From the NCBI GenBank assembly GCA_030704615.1, contig CM060732.1, positions 57,288,001 through 57,352,000 on the forward strand: a stretch of DNA of 64,000 nt. Direction: 5' to 3'. This document shows, in pieces, positions 1 through 12,081 of this stretch; the first letter of the stretch is position 1; each line of letters begins with the position of its first letter. Below the pieces are notes generated by a model that had not been told where the DNA came from, made no database searches, and saw only the letters and a list, made by a program, of their open reading frames with translations. The translations under genes were made by a program, and so were the position numbers. This DNA comes from Takakia lepidozioides. Lineage: Eukaryota > Plantae > Bryophyta.

Positions 1-2324
1 GCTCCATATCCGCCTCTAGCTCTGCCCAACATCAGTGGCTGAGCTCCCGAGTCCAACAAGACCCGCAGTGGCCGATACCTCTTGCCTGCCGGTCCACTCA
101 AAGAGAAAATGTCATCCTGGTTGTCTAACAAGACAACTCCAGGTGTCACCATGGCGGGCTCAAAGGCTAGCCTAGCTGGCAGCTCCGTCAACATGGCAGC
201 TGCAGCTTGCTATGGCGCAGCCGTGGCAGTCTTGACCCTCAAATCCGAGGATTCCTCTGCCACTACACCTTCCACCAACTCTGCAGAAGATGAAGTGACC
301 TCCCCACTCTCGCAGAGTGTTGCTGCTAGTCTGAACATTGCAGCTGGTCTTACCCCCGGCGTCGCGATCATGGTTGCCGAGAACAGTGGGGCTTGACACA
401 CAGAGGTGACTGCCCCCAACAACACACTGGCTACACTAGCATTGGCAGCAGGTGTCAGTGCTGCACGTGTAGCTCTCCCCAATGGCACAATAACGGCCTT
501 TGTATCTGTCGGGCGAGAACTAGGTGCCATGGATGTCGTCGACACTGTCTCCCCCAAGATGAATGATTGAGGCAACCTAGCCTGACGGCTTGCCTCCCCA
601 CGCTGTGGATCTAACTCCACCTCTGCACCTCGTGGCTCAGGAACTCGTGTTGCTCCTCAAGTGACGGCTGCAGCAGACTCCACCTACACTAGTGGTAGTG
701 TTGCCCCACATATAAATCCCATGCCTCCCATGTCTCCTCCGTCAGGATGACGCTGCTGAGGAGAAACATGAGGTGGACCCTCAGGTCTTGGAGCTGGTAC
801 CACCTGAGCTGTGGCCATGGCAGCAAGCCTTTGCTCTAGTTGCTGAAGCCGGTTGGCCATGCCTTGGTCAACGCCCTGACCTCCACGTCCTTGGCCATAC
901 TGTGCTTGCCCTTGTCCTACACCTTGTGCCTGACCACCTCGTCCTCTTTGAGGTGCTCTACCTCGCCCTCGGCCACCATTGTTCCCTTGGAACTGGCTTT
1001 GCCGCAACTCAGGGTGCAAGTCATAACACTGGGCATCTCCATGCCTATACTTGCCACAATGCCCACACTGCAACTGTGCAGGCTGTGCTTGTGTCGGCCT
1101 TTTGCCACTCTCTAGGCAATCTTTCTTGACATGGGGTCCTCCGCATGTCCAACATATCACCCCTGGTTGCTGTTGGCTTGCAAAAGATGCTACTGGCCTC
1201 TGCACCTGAGGTCCCCTGTAAGCTTCATGGAATTTGGGTTGGGAAACCTTGCCCCCCAGACCACGCTGTTGGGCAGTCCCTTGTGCCTGTGGGCTAGCAG
1301 CTGCGCCTCGTGCAGGCATGTCCTTGCCAAATCCAATGGTAACAACTCAGTCCTCACCCATGTTGAGCTCAATCCGCTCAGCCAGCAGAAATACATCTGC
1401 TAATGTGGGTTGGGCTGCTTATAACAGGGTTGCATCCCGCACCCTTCTCCTGAGCTCCTTGTCCAAAATTCCATACCAGAACTGGATTTCCTGAGCTTCA
1501 GTAACCCCTTGGGTCACACTTATCAAGCGCCTCATACGAGTGTAGGCCTCTCGCAGGCTCTCACTGGATTTGCGCTGGAAGTCTTGCAAACTTCGCAGCT
1601 TCTCTGTCCGTACGCCTTGGTAGTTCCTCCGCAACTCCTGGAAGAACTCCACCACCGGGCTGAATCTAGACACGTGAGTTGTAGTCGTGGCAGGAGGAAT
1701 AGTAGCACCTTCTGCAGAAGTACCGGCACTACTTGTTCCACTACTAGTGCTGGCAGTGGGAGGTATTGGTACTGATGCCGCTACTGGTCGCATCGTGCCT
1801 CGAGTAATGGAGACGTAGTCAGGTGACCAATACATCCTCCACTCCTCAATCTCCGCTTCTTGTCCTCGCCTGAACTCGTGGTAATCGTCCATAGGCCGGC
1901 CTTCCAAATGCTGGAACAATCCCTTCCACGCCATGAATGGGGTGAACAGCTGTGGATTGCGCATCTGCTGCAAATCACACCAGCTGTCGAACTCCTGGAT
2001 AAAGTCATCCAGCTCAATTGTGCCCACAGCTCCAGAGTACCTGCGATGCCCCTTGGTAGCTCCATACATCTCCTTCATGTCGTCCCACAATAATGGCGAA
2101 GAAGACTGCACACCTGTTGATGAAGCCTCCGGGTCTGTGTCAGACTCTACAGTAGTTGAGGGTGGAGGTGAAGGTGGTCTGAACCGAATACCTCGTCTTG
2201 TAAACCCACTCTCACTGTTATTGCCTGTAGCCGTACTCCCCTCAGAACCCTTGGGTAACTCCGTGATGACACTCACAACGTGCACCTCCCCTACGTGACC
2301 TATAACTAATTCTAATAGTGACAT
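1..2324 (-). mobile_element. Ty3/gypsy-like LTR retrotransposon gag-protease region, degenerate, continues off the left edge
   Basis: ORFs 1419-2324, 684-1319 and 210-620 and the first 209 bp share one minus frame broken only by stops. Gag-like core (LDDFIQEFDSWC...LRSLQDFQRKSSESLREAYTRMRRL), two zinc knuckles (CWTCGGPHVKKDC, CGHCGKYRHGDAQC) and an aspartic protease motif RVLLDSGAQ at ~40-66. Confidence 0.88.
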
Positions 2325-2802
2325 GGGTGGGCACCTGTTGCAATTTAAGGGTCATATCCCAGTGGCTCAGGGCACCTGCACCTGCATCCACCGCAAGAAC
2401 TCCTATGGTTGGCTGGTCATCAACCCGTCTCACCATAGAAGAAACACTGGTGGTCTTGCTGGTCATCACTCCAGCCTTACCACCGACAGCATACTCTAGG
2501 ATTGACCAGTGATCAAATCCGGCCTAATCTTTATGAAAGCAAGCGCCCACACAAAACCAACATGGCGCACAGTCAAGCATGCAAGTGTTGGGGGGGATCC
2601 AAACACAAGAAATCAAAACATCAACATCCCCACACCTAAATCCATCTGCAGTGTTGATCCTACAGAATATCCTAGCCCAAAACCCCGGACTGACTGGCCT
2701 CCACCAAGAGAGGCTTTGGCAACTACAAGTACAAAGTAATGAAAATAGTAAAAAGAGGGAGGGGAAGAATAGAGGCATGACCAAGCAAGATCTAATCCTG
2801 AT

Positions 2803-3501
2803 CTATGCTATCAACTGCCAGACTTCTCTCAAAGTGCCTCGCTCTGCATGATGGTAAGGTGTAGGAGGTATATCTATGTCCAGAAACCTGTTACTAACCT
2901 TATCCCAAGCTATAGTAGCTCGTTCTAACCAACCCTCCTCCTCTTTCTGCCAGGTAGAGACAAAACAATACTTCCCTATCTCCCGCTCACTGAATACTAA
3001 AGAAAATAAAGGTAGGGTTTGACAGTCTCTCAACTCGAAAGCTTTGAGACGGTTGCGGGTGTCCTCATTGTGAATGACTGCATCTCCTTCAAGCAGCACA
3101 AATTTTTCATTGCTAATGAACCCCCGCTCGTGGTTGCCTCGTGTAGAGCGTGTCTAGTTGCAACCATGTCTGATAGCAAAAACTTGTGTAGCTCCTGCTC
3201 CTCTACTCCAGTACACCACGGCCTTGTGTCTGAACACCTTGGTCCCCGGGGCTGTCTTTGGCTGTGTTCCAAACCTAGCTTCCACCCACTTTGGTATTTC
3301 ACCTACAGCTGCAGAACTGCTTGATCTAACAGAGTTCTGACTGTCCAAAGCAATATTGAGGCCCTCAACGCCAACTACTGCAGTTTGTTGTCTATTGCCA
3401 ATGCCTGACTCCAAGTATGCAATCAACTCGTCCAACTGCTCTCCACTCAAATCAGTCTGAGTTCCTTGAGAAACATAAATCTTGTCCCCTTGTGTGCACA
3501 T
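2803..3501 (-). pseudogene. Extra ORF (~230 codons, one internal TAG) upstream of gag, probably a retroelement accessory ORF
   Basis: ORFs 3154-3501 and 2803-3099 are in the same frame separated by one TAG. Same strand as gag and ~480 bp upstream of it. No recognised domain. Confidence 0.5.
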
Positions 3502-3954
3502 GCTAAGAGAAGAGACGTGCCCTTCAATTACGTCATCATTTCCCCCAGCGATACAAGGAGGACATCCCCAGATTTGTCTCTCATGTAGACCACAACAGGT
3601 TCTAGAAACAGAATTGTGGATCTTTCATAGCACACTCACACTCAAAAAATTCCATAGATTTTTAGCAAAGTCCAAAAAAACTAAAACCACGTCTAGATAG
3701 GTAGATTTCCCTTTTCTGCAGCTATCCCCCCAAAAACTGAGTCAAACGGAGTCCATTTGACAAAGATATGACCAATTAGGCTCTAAATAATTTAAATTAG
3801 ATTAAAAAAGGGTTTTTTTTTATTTTTTAACACCACAACGTTCTCGCCATTAAAAACTATTCCCAGGTTATCTACGGGTTCTGAACATGTTCATGTAGTT
3901 CTCACAGTCTGGATTCACCCCTCCTCTCGTTCTGTGCTCTTATGCTGTAGCAAA

Positions 3955-4120
3955 GCGTGGGATGTGAAGGTCGGTGATGTGGGTCTTGGCCTTTCTGTCA
4001 AGGAGAACGCGAGAAGGCTTCAGATCACAGTACACCCTGTGCTCTGGGCACTCATGATGCAGGTACACCAGCGCGTTTGCCACACCGATGGCAACGTTGA
4101 GTCGATCCTTTCAGCTCATA
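3955..4120 (-). pseudogene. Receptor-like kinase (RLK/Pelle) fragment, subdomains VIa-VII
   Basis: Manual minus-strand translation: MS*KDRLNVAIGVANALVYLHHECPEHRVYCDLKPSRVLLDRKAKTHITDL, the typical W..RL.IA..VA..L.YLHH.C...IVHCDLKPSNVLLD pattern. The rest of the kinase is absent. Confidence 0.85.
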
Positions 4121-5489
4121 TCACGCTCATACACCAAGTGTTACCTGGTAAGTCCATAGTCTCCCACTCTCATGCTCTCCTGCAACAAACACAACCTTGA
4201 GGTTCAATCCTCCAAAACCTGAGGATCGCCAGCCTCCCGCTGGACTATCAGGATCCTAGAGACCCTTCTGTTTTTTCACCAGCGCCAGTGCGTCAGGGTG
4301 GTGGGGCCAGGCTTGCCTACCCAGCCTCCAGCCCTATGTAGGTGACAATGTGGTTTCAGTTGAGGTTTCCCAACATAAACCTGCCTGCACTTCGGAAGAA
4401 TCTACTTCTCAAATTCAAGGCATAATTGAGTATGTTGAGAAGCTCCCGCCCAAACTTATGAGCACCGATTTATTGTGCATTCCACAAGCTGATCAAGACA
4501 CATCTAGTTGTGATATTCTTTGCAGAAGCCATAAGCATGGTTGTCGATTAGGAGATGGCAGGCAGTGTGCGGGTATGTAGGAGAGCAGGTCGGCACTCCC
4601 CTTGTCGACACTTCCTTCGGAATCTCTAAAAGATCTCTTCCCTGCTTGCGTTCATATCAGTGCAGATGAATCCCCTGTGGCCATCCTGCAGGATCTTCTC
4701 TACAGCATGCAAGCTGCATCGTTTGCCCATATTTTTCCTGTTCCATTGCCAACCAGAAAGAAATAGAGAGGAATATGTGGAAATTTCAAGAACAACGGGC
4801 TCCGCACCCGCGCGGTAGAGTCTGAATGCTGCTTTGTACCCAGTTGAGCGGCCAATATCGCATTCACTTTCCCCACCAAGGCAGCTGCATGAATACTATG
4901 AATACCATCACAGCTCCCATCTTCCACTCGCTTCCACCACAGGACGACTGGAAGGCGGCCCCCAACTGACGCCAACGATGGACGGTGACTTCGTGGAACG
5001 ACGGCAGAAGAGGAGCGACGACATGCAACAATTCTCAACCATCTTAGCAGCTGGAGATACGATTGAGGCCAGAAAACATCTGCATGCTGGCTTGAATCAC
5101 GAGCCCCTTCAACAACAATTTCCACATCATACAGGAAGATTGCACCCCCTTATCAGTGTCCCACCATTGCGACTGAGGATGTGAGACGAACTCAAGCCAG
5201 AGCCGTTCTATGCTCATTGCTTGAGTTGTGTGCAAGAAGATGAGAACCGTGCCACCTCTCTGCGGGCAATCTCATTGCGAAGTTGCAGCCCTCACCTCTC
5301 TTCTGGCAACCTTTCGTCTCCACCATCCAAAACCAAGAAGCAGGAGCCCTCCTCTGATTGCTATGCTTCCCATGACCATCTATATACCCAGAAACCAGAG
5401 ATGATCGAAACTTGCATGTTTTTTTTTTTTTTTTTTTTTTTTTTTTGTTTTTTTTAAAAACTTCTCAAACTAAGCACTACTCACACACA

Positions 5490-5914
5490 GGCAATCATAC
5501 AAGTGCTTACCCTCAACTCCTACCTTGCACTCACAGGTAAGAGCTCATCTCTCTCGAGTGATTGAAAGAACTAACCTCACATGTCTGATAACAAAGAAAC
5601 ACAAAACACAACACAATCACTCATTAAAACTAAGAGTCGAGCCAGGGGCACCCCAAGCTATGGGGACTCCACCCCACAACGTCCTATTCTCCCTTCATAA
5701 ACACACTCAGATTCTAAGCAGTGAAGGAGCTCGGTCGTGCAGGCTCAACTCGAGAGAGATGAGCCGCACGACTAACGCTCTCGTGAAGATAAGACGATTC
5801 AGGTGTCAAACTAAACTTGACACCTGACTTAACACTTGAACTAAACCCAAGTGTTAAATACAAATAACTAGATTTATTCTAGTTAGTTTCACACTGTGTT
5901 TATTTAACTCGACA
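5490..5914 (-). mobile_element. LTR-like terminal repeat, copy 1
   Basis: Highly similar to 63310-63634 in the same orientation. Homology stops sharply at ...GACA (TGTC start on minus) in both copies. Same orientation as gag. A poly-T tract lies at ~5419-5455. No PBS or inner LTR end identified. Confidence 0.65.
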
Positions 5915-5984
5915 GAGGCTTTGCAGACCTATTCTTGAGCTACTGATGCAGGAGGGGCGAAGCACAACCTGCACCGCAACCGCA

Positions 5985-7140
5985 ATGGGCTCTTGGCTCA
6001 TGTTTAGTACCATGATTTGGTATTCTTCTTGATGTTTACAAGGTTATTGGGAGAGACAACTTGGTCTTAGCAGTCCGTGTTTCAATCGATGCCCGCTCAG
6101 CTGCACCGTGGTGGTTCTCACAGACCAATACGACATTACCTGACTACAGACACAAGCAACACACACAAGAGGTCATATTGTGTTCATGGTCAGTCAAATC
6201 CTCCATGGGTCATGACATAAGGTCGAGGACAATGTGGTGAGGGCACCTTCTTCTCGACCTATTTCAGCCTGTTTTGACCTCTCATCAGACTCGGCCTTGA
6301 TTTTCTTCACGATGGTGGGACAACCGCAATCACAAGGTGTGGCTTTTTCTTAATGTTCCATGTAAAGTTCTAAGTTAGTCCATCCTGCAAATGTGGGCTC
6401 TTGGCTCCTCTTATGATTTGGTATTCTTTCTAATGTTTACAAGGTTCAGAGTCAGCTTGGTCTTAGCACGCCGCGTTTCAATATCTGTCCGTTCAGCTGT
6501 GGAAATCGCAGCAATGGCATAGGCATGGATAGCTGAAGGAGCAGGGATAGAGTGTGGGTCCAGAATCATCGAAGAGGGCCGGACTTCAAGCTCCTATGAT
6601 TCCCTGTGGATCAATAGCTACTAGCAACCTGCATGGATAGATGGTCAACTGGAAGCTGCAGCAGTAGCGGTGGAATTGATAAATCAGGCACTGCTAATGA
6701 AGGCACCTTCTTCAACACATTTCACCCTATTTTTCTTTCTTATCAGAATCGACCCTAAGTTTTCATGTTGAATTCTGCATGTTAGCTGGTTGAGTGAACC
6801 TTTGATAGTTTGGAGTGACTTTGACATGATACTGCCAATGTGACAACAGGAAAGTATCCAGAAATAGGTAACAGAGATGAGGAGAAGCTGTGGAATGCAA
6901 ACTTTTCTTACCCAGTCAATGGTGGGACAATCGAGGCAAGAAGGTGAATGTCTGTCTGATTATAGAGAGTAGTAGATGCAATTGAGCATAGGAACTAGTG
7001 TGATAAGTTGAGTTAGGTGTTTCCTAGAACAAATCTAGACTGTCATCGTCAGCTGCTAGCAGCAAGGCAAAGATGTATGCATGATTTGTGCATAGGCATG
7101 GATAGCTGAAGGAGCAGGGATAGTGGGTCCAGATTCATCC
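5985..7140. repeat. Mosaic of short local direct duplications
   Basis: gggctcttggctc...atgatttggtattc...gtttacaaggtt at ~5986-6100 and ~6395-6500; ggcaccttcttc... at ~6242 and ~6702; ataggcatggatagctgaaggagcagggatag at ~6519 and ~7092. Confidence 0.7.
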
Positions 7141-7532
7141 AAGAGGGGCAGAAAGAGGTCCATGGTGACATCGTCAAAGTTGGAATTGTACTAGATGTCA
7201 TTCTGAACACTGCCCTGGTGGATATGTATGCCAAATGTGGGTGCATTAAGGATGCGAAGGGAGTTTTCAACACTATGGCTGAACAAGATGTGGTGTCATG
7301 GATTGCTTGCAGGGTATGCACAGCAGGGCGGACGCGGTATGGAGGCTTTGGAGACCTATGATCAAATGATGGGGGAATGGGTGAAGCCCGACCACATCAC
7401 GTTTTTGTGCATTTGCAATGCATGTGCAAGCCTGGCAGCTCTGGAAAGTGTCCATGGCAACATTGTCAGAGTTGTTTACCAAATGTCATTCTGAACAATA
7501 CCCTCGTGGACATGTACATGCAAAATGTGGGT
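7140..7532 (+). pseudogene. PLS-class PPR protein fragment, frameshifted
   Basis: Pieces translate as KEVHGDIVKVG..DVILNTALVDMYAKCGCIKDAKGVFNTMAEQDVVSW / LLAGYAQQG..MEALETYDQM..VKPDHITFLCICNACASLAALE / NVILNNTLVDMY. These are L-S-P-L-S motifs with several indels. Confidence 0.9.
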
Positions 7533-7979
7533 GCACCCTATCCTGCTGATTTGTTGTTGTGCTGGAACAGTAGCAAACGAAGAAAGGCATATGCATTTTA
7601 CATCTGTTGCTATCTTCAGTGCATATGTAGTGTCATTTAAACTTTGTCATACTATTGTTTGAGAAGCAGATTTTGGGACTCCGGTGCTATATTGTAAATT
7701 TGACTGGCAGCAGTTTAAGAGAAGCTCTTACATCTACTGCTGTCTTTAAGTGCCTATGTTTTGTCCTTTGCACTTGCTGACTTTGTTCGTTCCTGTGATT
7801 CTTGCCTGTGAATAAAACATTGATTTACAGAGTCATTTTTTGTCTCTTTGTTCTTACCTTTGTTCTTCTTTTTGTTTAGTATTGAATAATACTAACCCTA
7901 ATCTCTACTAACCCTAACGACATAAGCATAGTCGTGGCTCTGACTGTCCAATACATTTAAAAGTTCAAAACAACCCCTT

Positions 7980-8498
7980 TTATGACACCACGTGTCCATA
8001 TATCAGCATGTCATGGTCAGGATCATGACTGCAAGACCTCCTCAATACATGCCACGTGTCCACATATCATGATGTCTGTAGTCAGGACAATGACTGTAAG
8101 ACCTCTCATTATATGCCACGTGTCCAGATATTAGCATGGTTGTAGTCAGGATGATGACTGCAGATCTTCCTCATGGATATGCCACGTGGCAGTTTCGGGA
8201 GACGCCATATGGCACATCCACAAAACCTCCTGGACTTATTAAAAAGAGACACGTGTAAAGTTTGCAGCAACACACTAAGTCATGTATGGTAGAAGTACAT
8301 ATGACTGCCACATGACAGTGAGATGTATCACTTGGTTCATCTGACTGCAGTCATTCATGACCGACCATACTGTACTCATTGTATTCACTTGGTTTGCCCG
8401 ACTTAAGGTCATTACAGTCATATGTACCATTTACGACTACGGGAAAGTCATATATACAGTCATATATACAGTCATATATACCGCGATCTGTTGTAGTG
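7980..8498. mobile_element. CACTA-like right terminus with subterminal repeats
   Basis: Ends in tctgttgtagtg at 8487-8498 (reverse complement CACTACAACAGA). Preceded by many cagtcat/atgactg motifs and a ~64-bp tandem array (units at ~7988, 8052, 8116, 8182). No matching left end seen. Confidence 0.55.
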
Positions 8499-9000
8499 AG
8501 CTTACCAGGGATGGTGAGGATGACGGTGCGTAAGGAGACAACTGGGCCCTCTTGGTTGTCTTGACATATGGGAGGAACCCTACTTCCTCTTCTTTAACAG
8601 GTAGAGGCGACGAGTGGGGAAAAGGGGACGCTCCAAGGATTGCGTTCACCAACCTGAAGCCAGCGTATAAAACTCTGATGTTTCTTGGAAAACCACCAAC
8701 AGAGCCTTCCTGAAGGTCCTGTTCAGAGATCCATGTGAAGTCTTTGGGACTCTCACTGTCGCTCACAATATCCTCCCAGCGGAAAGCCAACAAGGTGTGG
8801 ACTGTAGAGGCTGAGTCGAATTCAGTTGAGTTTTCCCAAAATGCTCCAAAGTGCACGTTGGTGTCATTAGATAGCTGAAATTTGAATGCTTGCTTTGCAA
8901 AAATGTTCCCCACAAGTTTAAGTGAGAGCTCTACTTCTTTGGAGGCAGGATAATAGGTTGCATGATGAGCGGTGATCCAGGCTCTTGTGAGGCCTTCCAA
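8499..9000 (-). other. Uncharacterised ORF remnant running into the CACTA-like end
   Basis: 187-aa ORF with globular-looking composition whose tail (AVYMTVYMTVYMT) is only the subterminal repeat. No domain recognised. Confidence 0.3.
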
Positions 9001-9163
9001 TCCGTTAGTTAGCAGGATCGACGGAGGATAGTCAGGACCCTCCAGGAATCCATAAATGACAGGAGTGACCTTGAGGCTCGACGGACTGCATTATCTGGTG
9101 TCCACTCACAAAGCCTGAGGTGTGGGAATGATTTGAGCTCCAAGCATCTCGTAGCTAGATTGA

Positions 9164-9900
9164 TCATAGGCTCATCAAGAGAGCTAGAGAAATGGCAGAA
9201 ATAAAAAATTGCTGGAGGGTGGGGGGGGGGGACACCGTGGGCGACCCAGTTCGTTTGCGATTGCTACGCGACCACTTGGAAAAGTGAGGAGCGAAGGTGT
9301 AACCGTGTTGGCTCCCCGGGAGCCTGCGGGGGAAACCACCTACAGGTGCTCGTATTTTGACTGAAATAAAAGAAGGTCCATCTAAAGTTTGAAGTTTGAT
9401 GACATTCCCTATCTTAGCGTTTTCTGGCATCATCACTACAACTTTAGGCACCCCACTGTCTTTGTTGGAATCAAACAACCTAGGATCCTGATCAACGCTG
9501 AGTACCGCGTCGTCTATAGGGTTGTAGACATTGAGGCTCCCTATGAAGGAGCCAAAGTGCGCACCAATCTCTGGGAGTGACGCAAGATAGTTGTTTGGCA
9601 AGTAAGGAAGGGCTATGATTCGTGGCTTGCATGTTGCACCATCCTTGTGCACCAATCCGGTGACCATGGATATATGTGAACCTTGAAGCGCGACGTGCGA
9701 GTGTTGAAATCCAATGGCCGATCCGCCTCCTCCTTTGAGCCAAAGTTCACTGTGTAGAAGCCCCTTCCCATGGAGTGGCAGAAGTGATGTGTGAGCCCAC
9801 CTTCCGCCCCCAAGTGATTGATGATCCATATCCTTGCCCAATCCTTGTAGCTTGGACGCCCTGGAAAGTGCACAAGAATGCCATGACTTTATACAACCAC
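9164..9900 (-). pseudogene. DUF4283-like (plant L1 LINE ORF1-type) remnant
   Basis: MGRGFYTVNFGSKEEADRPL...VHIYPWSPDW (ORF 9613-9873), then after a frameshift IIALPYLPNNYLASLPEIGAHFGSFIG (ORF 9164-9925). This follows the G.F...F.S.E.A..L...W.P....LP.LP......IG...G pattern. No RT or endonuclease nearby. Confidence 0.6.
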
Positions 9901-10544
9901 CCCATCCATGCGGAGAGAGCCTCAAGGCAGTACATCAGAGGTCTGGTTTGAAGTATTGAGTTCTAGTCGTAGATAAATCCTAAGGTAGAGATGAGGCCAG
10001 CGTTGCCTGTAGCAAGTGGAGGATTGTAGCGTATAATTAGAGCGGTTATACAACGGTAGGCCGTCAAAGTAGAGCAATACATATTAATGGACCTGGTTCT
10101 CATCATCAGTTGCTGCGGTAGCAGATGAAGGCTCGTTAATGACAATGCTTCTTGCTCTGGTTGCTAGAGGGGGGCCTAGTGGCCTCATTTGTGCTACACG
10201 GTCCACCTTGCCATCAAACGTAGCGTTACAGGCGAATATTGCTCTTGACTGAATTGAGTTTGCTGTTGTGTAGCACGGGGCAAGTTGATTTCCGTTTCAT
10301 CATTGAAACCGAAGGCTGCCATCAACGCCACAGTTAATGTTGGACCATCAATCCTTTGGGGATGGGCATCACCACGAATCTGAATCCACACGGCAGTTCC
10401 AGTCATCCACTATTCCCTTAATATTGTTGTGCATCTGTTGTAAAATGTCAACGATGTCTGGTTCTTCATCCCCGCCATAGCCCAGCCTATCCACGTACAT
10501 CGTGGTAGGGACCAATGTTGGGCGGTTATTTATTCTTGTCTCTA

Positions 10545-11010
10545 ATAATAGTTGGTTATCTATCCGGTTATATATATATATATATATATAACCGCATGAG
10601 ATGAAAATTTGAAATAACTGGTCCCGTTAGGAACCGACAGAGTGTAGGCATACAAATAACCGGTCCCAATAGTAACCGGCGGAGGCCAAAATTTTAAAAA
10701 TTGATGTAGACAACGGTTGGGTGTTTTTAAAGTGCACGGTTATATATATATATATATATATATATTGGGTCTAATAACCTAAGGTTATGAGTGGCGGTTA
10801 TGAGGTGTGAGTCCTTGGCTAGATTCATGAATGAGCTTGCGGGCTTCATATTTTGAAGCACATATTGCTTTAAATATATATATATATATATATATACATA
10901 ACCGGTTGTATAACCCTCAGTTATAGCAAAAATGATAACCAGATTTATGGATACCCGGCCAAAAAAACATGTCACTCTTAACCGCAACCGGCAGGTTATT
11001 AGCCCCTAAT
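10545..11010. repeat. AACCG/CGGTT-rich MITE-like repeat with three (TA)n tracts
   Basis: Many aaccg/cggtt motifs. Imperfect inverted pair ttgggtctaataacc (10765) and ggttattagccccta (ends 11008). No TSD found. Confidence 0.4.
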
Positions 11011-12081
11011 AACGGGTCGCGTCAGATTACTTGCCACGCTCCAATTCCCATGGATGATAGTGGATGGAAGTGAAGATGAATTGTAGATGTCATAGAGGAG
11101 CATATGTGGGAATTTATAGTGCCAAAAACTCATAAAAGCTGCTCCCTAGAATTTTGCAAAGTGCCAGGGTTTCAGGAAATCCAATGTTAGAGCACCATTG
11201 ACTACTCTGCACCATGAAATGTTATTGTGCACTTACTTACCAGAGGAATTGGAAAACAAATGTCACCTCATGGGTGTACTTGGGAAAGAAGCCAAAACAA
11301 GATTTTTTACCCCCCAGATTTCACATACAAAGCAGCCCCCCATATTTTTTGGCATTTTGGTCTGAGATTGTGGGAGATGACCTCTTGGTTGCCCCTTATC
11401 CGGATTCTGGAGGCCATTTCTTCAAGAAAAAATGTAAAATCACCAAAATATGTAGAGCAGTTTCATTTGGCGCCGATTCTAGAGTGGTCCAGGAATTAGT
11501 GTGGTCTAGGAGTTAAAAGAGAGGGCCAATGTTATAAGGCCACTTGTATTATTTAATGAAATGAAGGGTCCAAAAATTAAGGATTGACTTTCTAGCGTGG
11601 GCTTTCTAGATAATTCTAGTTCTAGTTGACTTTCTAGATAGTTCTAGTTGACTTTCCAGTTTCTAGATAGTTCTACTAATATGTGGGAAGCAACTACTAG
11701 TTGCTTGTAACTTGTGTCTTCAACATGCGGGCACATGCACTAGTAGCGTGTCTCACTAGTGGTTTGAGAGCCTGAGCTAACGTGAGTAGATGTTTGTTAT
11801 GACAGGTAGGATCAAAGTGGCTTCAAGAGGGAAAGACAAGGTGGCGGAGGGTGTAGGGAAGTTCATAGAGGCAAGTGTTACTATGGGCGTGGGTGGAGCA
11901 GATATCGACGCCACATCTGGTCCCTTTTATTCCAAGTAAAAGGGAGTTAGAGCTCAGCAATGGAGGGTATGGCCCACTTTTTGGTTAGCTCGTCCTTTAG
12001 GGGTTAGAAAGTCAATAAATTGAAGTAACGTACCTACTAGGTTATTTCAATATTGAGTTCCAATGTAACCGCAACCGGCTG

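Noticed and set aside
4270-4292. Candidate PBS (TGGCGCTGG on minus) defining the inner LTR end
   Set aside because: Not matched to a known tRNA 3' end, and the second LTR-like copy shares no homology here.
7980-8210. CRISPR-like regularly spaced repeats
   Set aside because: Whole units are homologous with no unique spacers, there are no cas genes, and the context is eukaryotic.
10194-10406. 70-aa ORF with a vaguely ubiquitin-like start (AVWIQIRGD)
   Set aside because: Too short and too weak to assign without a profile search.
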